From the IMG/VR virus record IMGVR_UViG_2619619299_000002: a stretch of 20,000 nt of DNA; one strand, written 5' to 3'. Shown piece after piece: positions 7,878 to 17,209 of this stretch. How positions within the stretch are numbered: position 1 is the stretch's first letter; each line of letters starts with the position of its first letter. Below the pieces are notes generated by a model. The model made no database searches. It saw nothing but the letters and a program-made list of their open reading frames with translations, and was not told where the DNA came from. This DNA comes from an uncultured virus (IMG/VR IMGVR_UViG_2619619299_000002). Its lineage: Duplodnaviria; Heunggongvirae; Uroviricota; Caudoviricetes. The position numbers and the translations under genes were made by a program.

Positions 7878-8078
7878 TTAATTCCAGCGAACGTTGAGTT
7901 CTGAAATCTGTTGCTGCAACTGCTCTATGAGTTCAAACCAAGAATCGAAACCATTTGATTCGTCCTGCACCAAGAACAGGTAATAGCCACCAGTTTCACC
8001 GGCGCGGTCATCCAGAATTTTTATCGTCCAACCGGCATATTCGCCAGTTAAAACTGTTCCAGTACGGATGATCTGCAT
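7878..8078 (-). CDS. Hypothetical protein, 66 aa, acidic and aromatic
   Basis: Open ORF with globular-looking composition (DDRAGETGGYY...FDSWFE). Confidence 0.6.
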   Translation of the reverse strand: MQIIRTGTVLTGEYAGWTIKILDDRAGETGGYYLFLVQDESNGFDSWFELIEQLQQQISELNVRWN

Positions 8079-8321
8079 GTGTTCGCCGGAATCCAGTGAT
8101 TGTTTGAAATGGCAGCTGCACTTTTTACATCACCTTGGAAAATGTTGGTACTGCGGCATCCTCCCTCGTTATCAAATCATGGGCATTCACGACCGTCATG
8201 CCGATAGTTGCATTTTCAGTTTCTTTATCCCCTAACATGAACTCAGTATTTTTTGGCGTAATGATCTGGGCAGATGAGGCCATGCCGCTGGCTCCTCGTG
8301 ATAGGTAAGGGAATTAACTGA

Positions 8322-8714
8322 ATGGAAATGGAAAATGGCGCTCTGGGGTTATTGAAACGTTACCGGTACTTGATACTACTGTTGATGGTTGCCGCCTCGC
8401 TGGTGAGCGCGACTGTAAGATTCGCGGGGGACTGGAGAAATTTCTGGACCGTGCTGATGCTGCAAGCCTGGTTTGGTCAAGCTGTGTTCGCTTATCTTCG
8501 TGGTGGCTGGGTTGCGATCGGGCCTGGAGGGGTCTCCAAAGACGCCTCGCCTACATCGAGGGCAGTTTTGGCCGGTGCTGCGTTTGCCATTTATCTGATC
8601 GGCTTTGGAATCGATGGCTATCCGAAGAAGGAGTCGGTTCATGACAGGCGGCCCTCCGACTGGACCATGCCTACTCGAGAAGAGATTGGACGATCCTCTG
8701 ACAAAACTAGATAG
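8322..8714 (+). CDS. Membrane protein (about 3 TM segments), moron
   Basis: Three hydrophobic stretches. Antisense to the flanking phage genes. Confidence 0.7.
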   Translation: MEMENGALGLLKRYRYLILLLMVAASLVSATVRFAGDWRNFWTVLMLQAWFGQAVFAYLRGGWVAIGPGGVSKDASPTSRAVLAGAAFAIYLIGFGIDGYPKKESVHDRRPSDWTMPTREEIGRSSDKTR

Positions 8715-8793
8715 CACTGCTTTGTAAGGCATGGAGAGTCCTTGCCGGGCCATGCCCGGACGGTGGAGTGGGAGAAGAGTTCTGGTGCGAAAT

Positions 8794-9800
8794 TTATGTG
8801 CGCGCGTTCTTCATTTCCAGTTGTTCGGCATCCTGATTGGTTGCGCTTCCGGCCGCTTTCCCGTTCGCTTGTAATGTGCCCGCCACGACAAGAAGACTTT
8901 CCCGACTCTCGTGGTCGCCATATGGGTTTGTGGTGAGAGGCGCTGAGACTATGAAGGTCTCGGTTTCAGCATCCATCCGTGTGCCGCCCGGATGCGCGCT
9001 GAGAGCAGTTGCTACCTCGGTCTGTTCACAGTTGGCGCCGCCTCCAAATGCGGTTGACTGAAGATGGCCAGCTACTGCGTGGTCAACATCACCGCCACCG
9101 TCAGTGCTTCTAAGAGTGCCGGCGGGAGCTTCCGCATGGCCTCGGCGCGGCGCAGTATCCCGGCGCATGCCTTCGCACTCAAAAAGTACCTCGGTGGGAT
9201 CGAACCCGTTTCGAGCATTTGCGACAACGAACACACGACGGCGTCGTTGGGCCAGGCCGAAATATTGGGCGTCCAGGACCCGCCACGCGATTGTTCTTTT
9301 GGGGCCATACACACAACCAGCGTCCTGCCATTTCTTCCCTGAAGGCTGCAGTTCGCAGTCTTCCCCAGCAAGCACGCCAAGAAAGCATCCGAAGGCGTTC
9401 CCTTTGTCACTGAGGACGCCGGGTACGTTCTCCCAGACGATGACGCTGGCGGACTTTCGCTGGCCGGCGCGAACATAGTCAACTGCATCTGCAAGCTCCA
9501 CGTATTTGATGGTGAGGGCGCCGCGCGGGTCGGTGAGGCCTTCGCGCATGCCGGCGACTGAGAAGGCCTGGCACGGGTACCACCGACCAGTACGTCCGGT
9601 GCCGGGATCTTGCCGGCCAGCACCAGGGCGGCAAGCTTGGTCATGTCGCCGTGGTTCGGCACGTCGGGGTAATGGTGGGCGAGGACCGTCGAGGGGAACG
9701 GCTCAATCTCGGCGAACCAAGCGGCGCGCATGCCCCGCGGGTGCCAGGCCTGCGTCGCGGCTTCAATGCCCGAACAAACGGAACCGTAGGTGATAGGCAT
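8794..9800 (-). pseudogene. C5 cytosine DNA methyltransferase, frameshifted
   Basis: Motif I SVCSGIEA, motif IV GGT[P]CQAFS broken by a 1-nt loss at ~9575-9577, motif VI WENVPG, motif VIII AQRRRRVF. The C-terminus looks deleted. Confidence 0.9.
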
Positions 9801-9850
9801 AGTGGCTCCTCGCCGGTATATTGCGGTCTCAAATAAGTGAGGGTATAGGG

Positions 9851-10273
9851 ATGTGGGACGTATTCTGGAAGTTCGTGAGCGACCACAATGGAGCCTTGGG
9901 TTTTATGCTGGCGTTTGGTACGGCCGCAGCCGCCCTGTACCACTATTTATCTATAAAGCGCTCAGAAGAGCGAGCTAGAAGGTTTTCAAACTTTCATCAG
10001 CTTTTGCAGGATTTGAATGAAGGAAAGCCTAAGCCTAACGGCGAGGCTGGCGGGCAATACATTGATCGGCAGCTGGCAATTATATATGAACTTAGAAATT
10101 TCACTGACTATCACCCAGTCATATTGATAATTCTCAATCGCTCGATTGTTACTTGGGGCTTGTCGGAAAATAAATCTAGAGCAATCTTGATAAGTGAGGC
10201 GGAAAAGAGTTTGTCTTTCATCATCAATTGCAAACGGTGGAAGTTCTGGAAAAGCTCGGCTCTTATGAGGTAA
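9851..10273 (+). CDS. Hypothetical protein with an N-terminal TM helix, low-GC moron
   Basis: GAGGG/AGGG purine tract before the ATG at 9851. One TM segment followed by a helical domain. Confidence 0.7.
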   Translation: MWDVFWKFVSDHNGALGFMLAFGTAAAALYHYLSIKRSEERARRFSNFHQLLQDLNEGKPKPNGEAGGQYIDRQLAIIYELRNFTDYHPVILIILNRSIVTWGLSENKSRAILISEAEKSLSFIINCKRWKFWKSSALMR

Positions 10274-10405
10274 TCGCCACAGAAGCAGGAAATAGCCTCC
10301 TAGTGGTCGGCGAACATGTCGAATTGGGTGCAGGACCCTCGCCTGCTGGCGTGATTCGTTAAAGTGGGTGATATGCTTTGCTGCTTATCAAACAAGGAGG
10401 TGGTA

Positions 10406-10606
10406 ATGGCCGGTAAAAAGCTTGAAGCGTTCCGCGAGTGGTTCACGCCGCGTAGGCGGTTTTGGGCAGGAATAGGTTTTTTTGTCACTGGGGCATTCGG
10501 GCCGCTTTTCTATCCAAGCTTAAATGGTTATTGGGGCTGCTTGATTGGTCCTGGCGCGATACTTCTCGGCAGTACATGGAATACCGAGACTGACCATAAG
10601 CGTTGA
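10406..10606 (+). CDS. Small membrane protein (66 aa)
   Basis: Strong AAGGAGG RBS at 10394-10400. Two hydrophobic segments. Confidence 0.7.
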   Translation: MAGKKLEAFREWFTPRRRFWAGIGFFVTGAFGPLFYPSLNGYWGCLIGPGAILLGSTWNTETDHKR

Positions 10607-10927
10607 GACCGCGTGTCCTGCTGGTGCTGTTAAGTGATATGGGATATTACGGGTGACCGGCATTGAGCCGGAGAGATGGGGTTGTATGATTGAATTGCAA
10701 GGCAAAATAGACTCAATACCGGCGAAGTGGCGGAAGAGGGCGAGTTTGAAGCCACTCTTCCATTGGTGGAAGCCGGCATGGCCACGTAGTCACCCAAGTG
10801 CCTGGTCATACTCGGGATGGTGAGCCTGAAACAATCATTCTTACGCTGAAGGCGGAACACTAAGGCTCGATGATTTCGTCTTTGGGCTCGCAGGGGTGCT
10901 TTACCAAATGGTACACCCCGGCGATCC

Positions 10928-11934
10928 TCAGGCGGCAGCGCGCTTGAGCTGATCGGTGAGCTGGGTTGGCAGATTGCGCAGCGTCAGCGTTCCGCCGACT
11001 TCGTCAAACTCGATCTTGTCGCCCAGCAGATGCGCCTCGAAGCTGATCGACATACCCTCGGCGCGCCCGGTGAAGCGCCGGAATTTGTTGAGGGTCTTCT
11101 TGTCCGGCGGCAGGGTCTCGGAAAGCCCGTAGTCCTTCGCCTTGATGAAGTCGTAGAAGCTCTTCGGCTGATCTTCGTCAATCAACTCCGACAGCTCGTC
11201 AAGGGTGATCGGCTCGCCCAGCTTGGCCTGGGCCATGGAGTAGCTGACCAGCGCCTGGGTCTTCTCGCGCGCCGACTCTTCTGGCAATCCTCGCTCTCAA
11301 CAAAGTCGCTGAAAGCCTTCAACAGCGTGCGGGTTTCGCCCGGGCCGTCGATTCCTTCCTGGCAGCCGATGAAGTCGCGGAAGTGCTCGTTGATCCGGCG
11401 CCCCTGCTTGCCCTTTAGGAACGAGATGTACTGCTTCGACTTCGGGTTGCTCTGCCACTCGCTGATGTTGATTCGCGCGGCCAGGCGGATGTGGTCGAGG
11501 TCCAGCCGCTTCACCGTCATCAGGTGCAGCTCTTCGGTCATGGTCACCGCTTCGGTTTCCTGCATCAGGGCTATCACCAGGTACTCGGTCAGGCCTTGCT
11601 GGTAGTGACAGAAGAGGGCGTGCCCGCCGGTGGTGAGGTTCGACTCTTCCATCAGCTCGGTCAGGTGTTCGGCGGCGGCGGTGGTGAACTTTAGGAAGTC
11701 GCCGACGCCGGCCAGGTATTTGCCGAGCCAGCCGCTGAGCGGGTGAGCGCCTGATTCGTGATGGAAGAAGCCCCAGGCCTTGCCGGTGGTGGCGTTGTAG
11801 CTTTCGTTGAACTGCTGCATCAGATCGTCGCGAGCCTGGCTTTCAACTTGCTCAGCGGAAGCCAGGTGCAGAACTGCTGGGCTGCCGTCGGGTTTCTTGT
11901 CGATCTTGTGGATTGCGCTATGGCGTACAGGCAT
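10928..11934 (-). pseudogene. yejK: Phage-borne nucleoid-associated protein (YejK/NdpA family), frameshifted
   Basis: [17 protein letters not shown]...[11 protein letters not shown]...YISFLKGK...FRDFIGC. A 1-nt loss near 11287 splits it into the 250-aa and 119-aa track ORFs. Confidence 0.88.
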
Positions 11935-12033
11935 TTCGTTTACCTCGTGCAGGCGCCGCCCTCCGGTGAGTCGGTGGTGGCAATTTGGTTTGGGGTGGGG
12001 TATTAATGCCGAAATTTTTGAAGGATCAAAACT

Positions 12034-12405
12034 ATGCGTATTTGGATTGGCTCACTGATGCTGCTCACCTCTGCTGTAGCGCTCGGTGATGAGGCACAGC
12101 TGAAGCAGTGGGAAAAGATGGATCGCTGCTCCAATGCAGCTTTTATCGTGGTAAATATCTTGGAGGAAAGCGCAGACACCTCCAAGCAGGCGCTAGCTCT
12201 ACATGGAGCGGTAGAAGGGCTAAAAACCAACACAAAATTGAAAGAAACGACGCCGACTGGAAACGAAGTCATTGGCGCCTATAACTTTGCGCTTCGGATC
12301 TCTTGTGAGATGCCTCGACCCTTCGCAAAGCGTGAGCATGATTGGCTCATTGCTCAGGCCGCGACTGCATGCACTTTATGGGTTCCAAGTGTTAGCGCCC
12401 AGTAA
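12034..12405 (+). CDS. Secreted hypothetical protein
   Basis: AAGGA RBS. Signal peptide [18 protein letters not shown]. Three Cys. Confidence 0.75.
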   Translation: MRIWIGSLMLLTSAVALGDEAQLKQWEKMDRCSNAAFIVVNILEESADTSKQALALHGAVEGLKTNTKLKETTPTGNEVIGAYNFALRISCEMPRPFAKREHDWLIAQAATACTLWVPSVSAQ

Positions 12406-12599
12406 TCAAAGCTAGTGGATGGCCGGCGTTCATTTATCGATCGAGCCACTGATCAATTCGGATCATGTCGCTACTTCACATTTACGGTCCTTCCAGTCCC
12501 GGCGGCGCCCTCCGTTACGGGATGCAGCGAGCAGGATGGAATTTTGGAAAGGATAAGGTATCAATCCGCACCTTGGATTTGAGCCTATAAGGAGCACTG

Positions 12600-13034
12600 A
12601 TGCGACACAAGATTTTTTGGCGCTGTGTAGCAATGACTTTGTTCAGCTTCACGCTGACCGGGTGTATTCATTACGAACACAAAAGTGCAGAAGGAAAATC
12701 AAACTCCGAAATCGCTACGATTCAGCAGTACGACAAATCTTTGACAATATTTAAGATTGACGACGATCAAACCCTTTATTGGCTGAGCCGCCAAAGCGAA
12801 TACCGGCTGGGTGCAGGCAGGCATAAGATTCAAGTTCGTAAATTTATTACCGCGGAACAGCAAACTGCTCCGATTGAAATGACTGTTGATCTGGTAGGCG
12901 GCCGTACTTATGGGCTCTATGGGATCTCTTCGCTGTCCTGGTGGAGATACGAGGTTCGTGACGTGGAGACTGGGCAGCCAGCAGATGTTGCGGATCCTGT
13001 TGCCAACGAAGCGCCTCCGACATCAGTTAAATAG
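12600..13034 (+). CDS. Lipoprotein with a predicted beta-rich mature domain
   Basis: TAAGGAG RBS. Lipobox LTGC. The LGAGRHKIQV...LVGGRTY pattern suggests a beta-sandwich. Confidence 0.8.
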   Translation: MRHKIFWRCVAMTLFSFTLTGCIHYEHKSAEGKSNSEIATIQQYDKSLTIFKIDDDQTLYWLSRQSEYRLGAGRHKIQVRKFITAEQQTAPIEMTVDLVGGRTYGLYGISSLSWWRYEVRDVETGQPADVADPVANEAPPTSVK

Positions 13035-13218
13035 ATGGCTCGATAATCTCGTCACCCGGGTCTTTCTGGGTGGCGAGCAGGCTTTTGTTGCGGAATTCTC
13101 GCGCCACGTTTTGCGATATCTCAATATCGTGGCGCGGGGGGGGGTTAGCAGTGGCTGGCACTTCGCAGAGCCCAGCGCATGCAGGTGATGAATCATCAGC
13201 GTCATCGCCTCGCCCTGA
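13027..13218 (-). pseudogene. 3' remnant of a phage hypothetical gene
   Basis: QGEAMTLMIHHLHALGSAKCQPLLTPP, then a frameshift in the G9 run at 13136-13144, then RHDIEISQNVAREFRNKSLLATQKDPGDEIIEPSI*. Confidence 0.55.
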
Positions 13219-13236
13219 CCTGTTTGTGGATTCGCT

Positions 13237-13779
13237 TCACGCTGCGACCTTCTCCTGATGCCAGGCGCCGACCGCTTCGAAGAACCGCGCGGCGTGAGCC
13301 TCGTCCAGCGACATCGCTTCGGGAATCGCGATCCATCCCGAGGCCACCATCTGACTTTGGTTTGCAGAATCGTGCAGTTCCTTGTAGCAATGCTCGATCA
13401 CGTCTTCCAGGTGGTCGGAGAGGTAGAGCCCATCGGGCGCAATCTCCACTGACTTGCTGTACCGGTCGCCGTGGGCGTCGATGCAGAGCGCGCTGAGGTA
13501 GATAGTCCATCGATGCGGGATGCCGCAGACGTCCTGACCGATCTTCCCCGGTGCGATGTTCTTCCGCGATTTGTAGTTGATCATGCCCTGGCGGCCGCTG
13601 GCTGACGCCGCGCCACGCGAATCAGCAGTACCTTCCGGCATTTGGCTCAACTCCCACTGCATGAAAGCTGTAAGCGCTTTTGCGGCGAAGTAGTCGCGCA
13701 TGCTCATGCTCATGCCCAGCACCGCGCCGTATTCATTGCTGTCGCTCGGGAACGCCGGGGTGCTGTTGTCTTTGCCCAT
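13237..13779 (-). pseudogene. Probable deletion-fusion of two phage hypothetical genes
   Basis: N-terminal PAFP...GMSMRDYFAAKAL phage motif joined in frame to SGRQGMINYK...HRWTIYLSALC. The second part also occurs, with a different upstream context, at ~18700-18845. Confidence 0.6.
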
Positions 13780-13954
13780 GACTCTCTCCATTCGTTGGTT
13801 CACCTGTATTCGTCAACACTCATGCCTCCCTCTGGTTGCCGATTGGCGCGGGGGCAGTGCATGCGGATATTTTCGGGAAGGGGTAAAGCTGAATGGCCTT
13901 AGGCCGATATGGTCAAAGCCATACTCATTTATTTGAAAGTTTAGGAGCCGTTGA

Positions 13955-14293
13955 ATGTTTTCAGTAAGAAACGCAACGCTTTGCCTTGCTCTGTTCAGCT
14001 CCGGCTTTGCCAGTAGCTGTTTTGCGAGTCAGCCTGTTGATGCTCATCAAGTTGCAGTAACCCTCATTGCAGTGGAGCAGCTCTGCAATAAGGCAAACCC
14101 GGCCTTAAATGGCTCTTTCGAAAACGTGCTGGCCAGCGATCCTGACACGGACGAAGCAACCAAGGCCGAGGCTCGCAAAGTTAGCTCAGACCCCGCGTAC
14201 AAAGGTGAGATTGAATTTATGGTGCAATCTCTCAAAAGCTCGGGTCTGGTGGTTTTGACGCAGGATCTTTGCAAAAGCTACGCAGCAAAATAG
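13955..14293 (+). CDS. Secreted hypothetical protein
   Basis: AGGAG RBS. Signal peptide ending CFA. Two Cys in the mature helical domain. Confidence 0.75.
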   Translation: MFSVRNATLCLALFSSGFASSCFASQPVDAHQVAVTLIAVEQLCNKANPALNGSFENVLASDPDTDEATKAEARKVSSDPAYKGEIEFMVQSLKSSGLVVLTQDLCKSYAAK

Positions 14294-14370
14294 TTCGGTT
14301 CATCTTGGTGGATAGCTACTGACAGTTCGCTTTGGTGTTGCCGGGAGAGGTTATAGGCCGAGCTATATAT

Positions 14371-14624
14371 GCCGCGATTTCGTCCGCATCGGATGTCGCT
14401 TGAATCCCTCCGAGTGTTGCCCGTCTACGCCGCGACAAAATCCGCTAAGGCTGGGGGCAAGGTGACTACCCTGCTGTCATCACAGAGGGCTGAGCGATAT
14501 CCGATACACCGCGCTGGTTGATCAGTCTTCCTGGTTCGCCTCGATCATCTTTTCGATGTCGGTGGCGACCGGCTTCCTCCAGTTCTTGATCCGGCCCGGC
14601 TTCAGGTCGATGTTCAGGATTAGG
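14371..14624. repeat. Direct repeat, copy 1 (~254 bp)
   Basis: Ungapped manual alignment with 19196-19449 shows about 10 substitutions. Contains a long inverted repeat and the 3' end of a minus-strand phage gene (LNIDLKPGRIKNWRKPVATDIEKMIEANQED*). Confidence 0.95.
14386..14507. ncRNA. Candidate structured RNA element (second copy at 19211-19332)
   Basis: GCATCGGATGTCGCT pairs with AGCGATATCCGATAC, CCCTC with GAGGG, and inner TTGCCC with GGGCAA. Confidence 0.4.
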
Positions 14625-14774
14625 GTATTGATCGAGAAGTGGGCATCAAAAGAAGCGCTTGATGCACATGATCTCGCTCCGCATATGCTTGAGGCAGCCA
14701 AGCACAACCCGACGTTCCGTGCGGGGCCGGCTACAGTGCTGTTTTTGGAATCGGCGGTGCTTTCATCGCACTGA
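14625..14774 (+). pseudogene. C-terminal fragment of an ABM-family (putative quinol monooxygenase-like) protein
   Basis: VLIEKWASKEALDAHDLAPHM matches the ExWxxxxALxxHxxxxH pattern. The 5' part is replaced by repeat copy 1. Confidence 0.65.
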
Positions 14775-14879
14775 AGAAGGGCTGAGCTCACAACAGAAGA
14801 GCCCAGCCCCACGCAGGGCTCTTTGCATCTGGCTTTTCCAGTGCTATTTTTCCGAATTAACCCCCACACGGAGAGTGCA

Positions 14880-15194
14880 ATGGCCCGATACTTCAAAAGT
14901 CTAGACAATGGCAAGGTTGAAGAAGTCGATGCGTTTCAGGTTCTGGCAATATTGTTCCTAGGCCCACTCTATCTATGCTTCGCCGGCCTTTGGCGCCATT
15001 TATTGATCTGGGGTATTGCTATAGGGTTGGGGCTGTTTGCAGGCCCGCCTTGGGCAGCTATACCTATTGCTGGACTGCCAATCATCTACTGTTTTTTGAT
15101 ACGTAAAATTGTGGCAGATGAGTATTTGAAGAAGGGCTGGGTAGAGGTGGCTGATCCAAAGCTTGCACTCGATAAAGAAGTTCCAGACGCTTAG
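14880..15194 (+). CDS. Membrane protein, DUF2628-like
   Basis: GGAG RBS. LFLGPLYLCFAGLWRH...YLKKGW pattern with several TM segments. Confidence 0.7.
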   Translation: MARYFKSLDNGKVEEVDAFQVLAILFLGPLYLCFAGLWRHLLIWGIAIGLGLFAGPPWAAIPIAGLPIIYCFLIRKIVADEYLKKGWVEVADPKLALDKEVPDA

Positions 15195-15217
15195 TCTCTT
15201 GCAGATTAGTTGCTTTG

Positions 15218-15242
15218 AGCCCAGCCTCGCGCTGGGCTTTTT
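15218..15242 (+). terminator. Intrinsic terminator
   Basis: AGCCCAGC-CTCGC-GCTGGGCT-TTTT. A related imperfect hairpin starting GAGCCCAGCC lies at ~14797-14824. Confidence 0.75.
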
Positions 15243-15292
15243 GCTTTCTGCGGCCAGGTGCTACAGTCCCGCCAAACCAAAGAGGGAACGAC

Positions 15293-15346
15293 ATGCGAAG
15301 TGTTGTAGCGGGACTGGCGGTTATTCTGCTGGCTGGGTGTTCGTGA
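15293..15346 (+). pseudogene. Lipoprotein signal-peptide stub
   Basis: GAGGG RBS, then MRSVVAGLAVILLAGCS*: a canonical LAGC lipobox with a stop two codons later. Confidence 0.6.
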
Positions 15347-15633
15347 TCGGTGCGCTTCTGATCGTGACCGGTGTACTGGTACTACTGTTAATCGAGAGCA
15401 AAAAAGCGAGAGCAGAGGTCGCAGCGACCCTCGGTTCGAGCGTGGTTCGTCAGAACGCCCTAAGCCAGGAGCTCCGCGCCGAAATTGAGGAAATCAATAA
15501 ACAGAATCTGCTCGAAATGGCTGCGGTATCCAAGGATCATCATTACGAGATGGAGAATCTAAGGATCATTCTTTCCATCGCTGAGCAGGATCTCGACGCG
15601 GCTCTGAAGGTCGCTTCTAAGGCTACACAGTAA
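15343..15633 (+). CDS. TM plus coiled-coil protein, possibly 5'-truncated
   Basis: Hydrophobic start followed by a heptad-like helix. The start codon is uncertain. Confidence 0.5.
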   Translation: MIGALLIVTGVLVLLLIESKKARAEVAATLGSSVVRQNALSQELRAEIEEINKQNLLEMAAVSKDHHYEMENLRIILSIAEQDLDAALKVASKATQ

Positions 15634-15720
15634 GACATACAAATGCAGAGCCAGATCGACCATACCAATGCGTTGATGGCTTCTTGTGCCTGACCACCCC
15701 TCTTTTTTTAGCGCTATCGT

Positions 15721-17124
15721 TTAGCGAACGCTCAAAATATGAACTTCATCACCAGAGAGCGAATTGCTCTGCGTACCCCATGCGAAAAAATAGGCGTAGT
15801 CAGCCAAATAATAAAATTTTCTAACGATTGCGTGCTTGTCGCCTTGAGTCGTGCAGCCCATTTCCTTGGCTTTTCCAGTCAGTCCAGCACTGAGCTCATC
15901 GGCGTCAAGTTCGCGCTTTACAGTGCAGTCGACCGCGTAGCCTTTCCCGTCGCCCCAACGTTGCTCAGCGCCGTGCTGGCGCCCCTGAGCGGAGTAACTC
16001 AGGAGAGAGCCTATGGGCATGCGCTGCCAATCCCCGGAAAAACTCAAGCTTTTGAGTTCATAGGTGCCCACTTTCTGGTCAAACGTAGTGATGGTACTGG
16101 CGAGCACAATCAACCCCCGCCAAGTAACTCTACGTATCTCGTAAGCCTCACTGCGTACATCGACAACTACTTGCCCGCTCGCTGAGTCCGTGGTGAGGAA
16201 ATTCTCTTCGTACACCAACGAAGCACCACCCTTGCGGGTGGGTGTCCGGCTCGTCGCAACATAGCTGAGTTTTTTGGCTGCCGGTTGCAGATTGAGGGCG
16301 TTGATTGCAGAAAGCATTGGCGTACCAACACTATATGGGCTTGGCACAGCACGCACTTTGTAGCGCGGTTTATACGTGGGCAGTTGCTTCAGTTGTTCAG
16401 CGCCGGCGCACAGCGTCTTGAACAACAGCTTGTAATCATCGCGGGCTTGCGCAACAGTCTTGACGACTGGATTCTGCGGGGTCTCACCGTCTATCACACT
16501 GTTAAATATATCAACGTCATAACTGGCCAGCCGACGAAACTTCTGCTCGGTGCAATCGACAGCATAGTGTTCACGCTTTTGGGCAGACGGCGTGCCTTGC
16601 GAGGCATCCGTCACTATTTTTTTATTGTCATACGCCCCCCAGAACAGCGTTTCCGAGCCTTGCTGTTTGATGCTATGCCTATCAAGCATCACCCATTGGT
16701 CATCCTCTTTTACGCTGACGACTCTCCAGTCGGGCTGCGGTGTCTCAGAACAGGCGTGAATGAAACTCGGGTTACTGGTGAGCCCTGAATAAAGGGATGA
16801 CGTCAGGGAGCGTGCGCCCACGTACACCCCGTTTTGCCGATTGATGTAAACCCGCGCAAAGGGAGAATCAATGTAAGCGGCACGCAGTTGTGCCACGCTG
16901 CAAGACGCCTCCAATTGCACAACGGTGCGTTCCGGTTTTGCATCTGTTTTCGGAGCGACGAGCTGGAAATTCAATCTGTCTCCGTCACGGAATACCGTAT
17001 CAGCTACCACAGGTTGACCCAGAAAAACGCCATATGCCTTTACCGCACTTTTGCTCAGCGACACTGGCTGACTAACACACCCCCCGACGGCTGCCATGGA
17101 AAGCAGTAACGCAATTCGTTGCAC
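15721..17124 (-). CDS. Large lipoprotein with a probable surface-adhesin-E-like domain
   Basis: AAGGA RBS, GTG start, lipobox VGGC. The central DWRVV...LDRHSIKQQG...FWGAYD...REHYAVDC pattern resembles adhesin E domains. Confidence 0.75.
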   Translation of the reverse strand: MQRIALLLSMAAVGGCVSQPVSLSKSAVKAYGVFLGQPVVADTVFRDGDRLNFQLVAPKTDAKPERTVVQLEASCSVAQLRAAYIDSPFARVYINRQNGVYVGARSLTSSLYSGLTSNPSFIHACSETPQPDWRVVSVKEDDQWVMLDRHSIKQQGSETLFWGAYDNKKIVTDASQGTPSAQKREHYAVDCTEQKFRRLASYDVDIFNSVIDGETPQNPVVKTVAQARDDYKLLFKTLCAGAEQLKQLPTYKPRYKVRAVPSPYSVGTPMLSAINALNLQPAAKKLSYVATSRTPTRKGGASLVYEENFLTTDSASGQVVVDVRSEAYEIRRVTWRGLIVLASTITTFDQKVGTYELKSLSFSGDWQRMPIGSLLSYSAQGRQHGAEQRWGDGKGYAVDCTVKRELDADELSAGLTGKAKEMGCTTQGDKHAIVRKFYYLADYAYFFAWGTQSNSLSGDEVHILSVR

Positions 17125-17209
17125 AGGTATTCCTTAGAGAAGTTCTGGAGTAAGCGCCGTTTTTCAAGAGTCATCTCGGTGCGCGCCGTATTTTGCGCGT
17201 CGTGACCGG

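Noticed and set aside
8125..8283. 52-codon minus-strand ORF with an AGGAG RBS
   Set aside because: Probably a leftover phage gene start fused to unrelated sequence; no supporting motif
9823..10612. 10-bp inverted repeat GCGGTCTCAA/TTGAGACCGC flanking two morons
   Set aside because: 10-bp matches are expected by chance many times in 20 kb, and there is no transposase or target duplication
10686..10863. Possible doubly frameshifted small + strand gene
   Set aside because: It needs two frameshifts and has no recognisable motif
14522..14914. Track ORFs 14522-14914 (-) and 14556-14774 (+) as real genes
   Set aside because: Both cross the junction at ~14624 and are chimeras of the repeat and the ABM fragment
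15739..17109. Several + strand ORFs opposite the 467-aa lipoprotein, and similar antisense ORFs over gpJ, the lysis genes, the methyltransferase and yejK
   Set aside because: Antisense shadow ORFs of better-supported genes, with no motifs of their own
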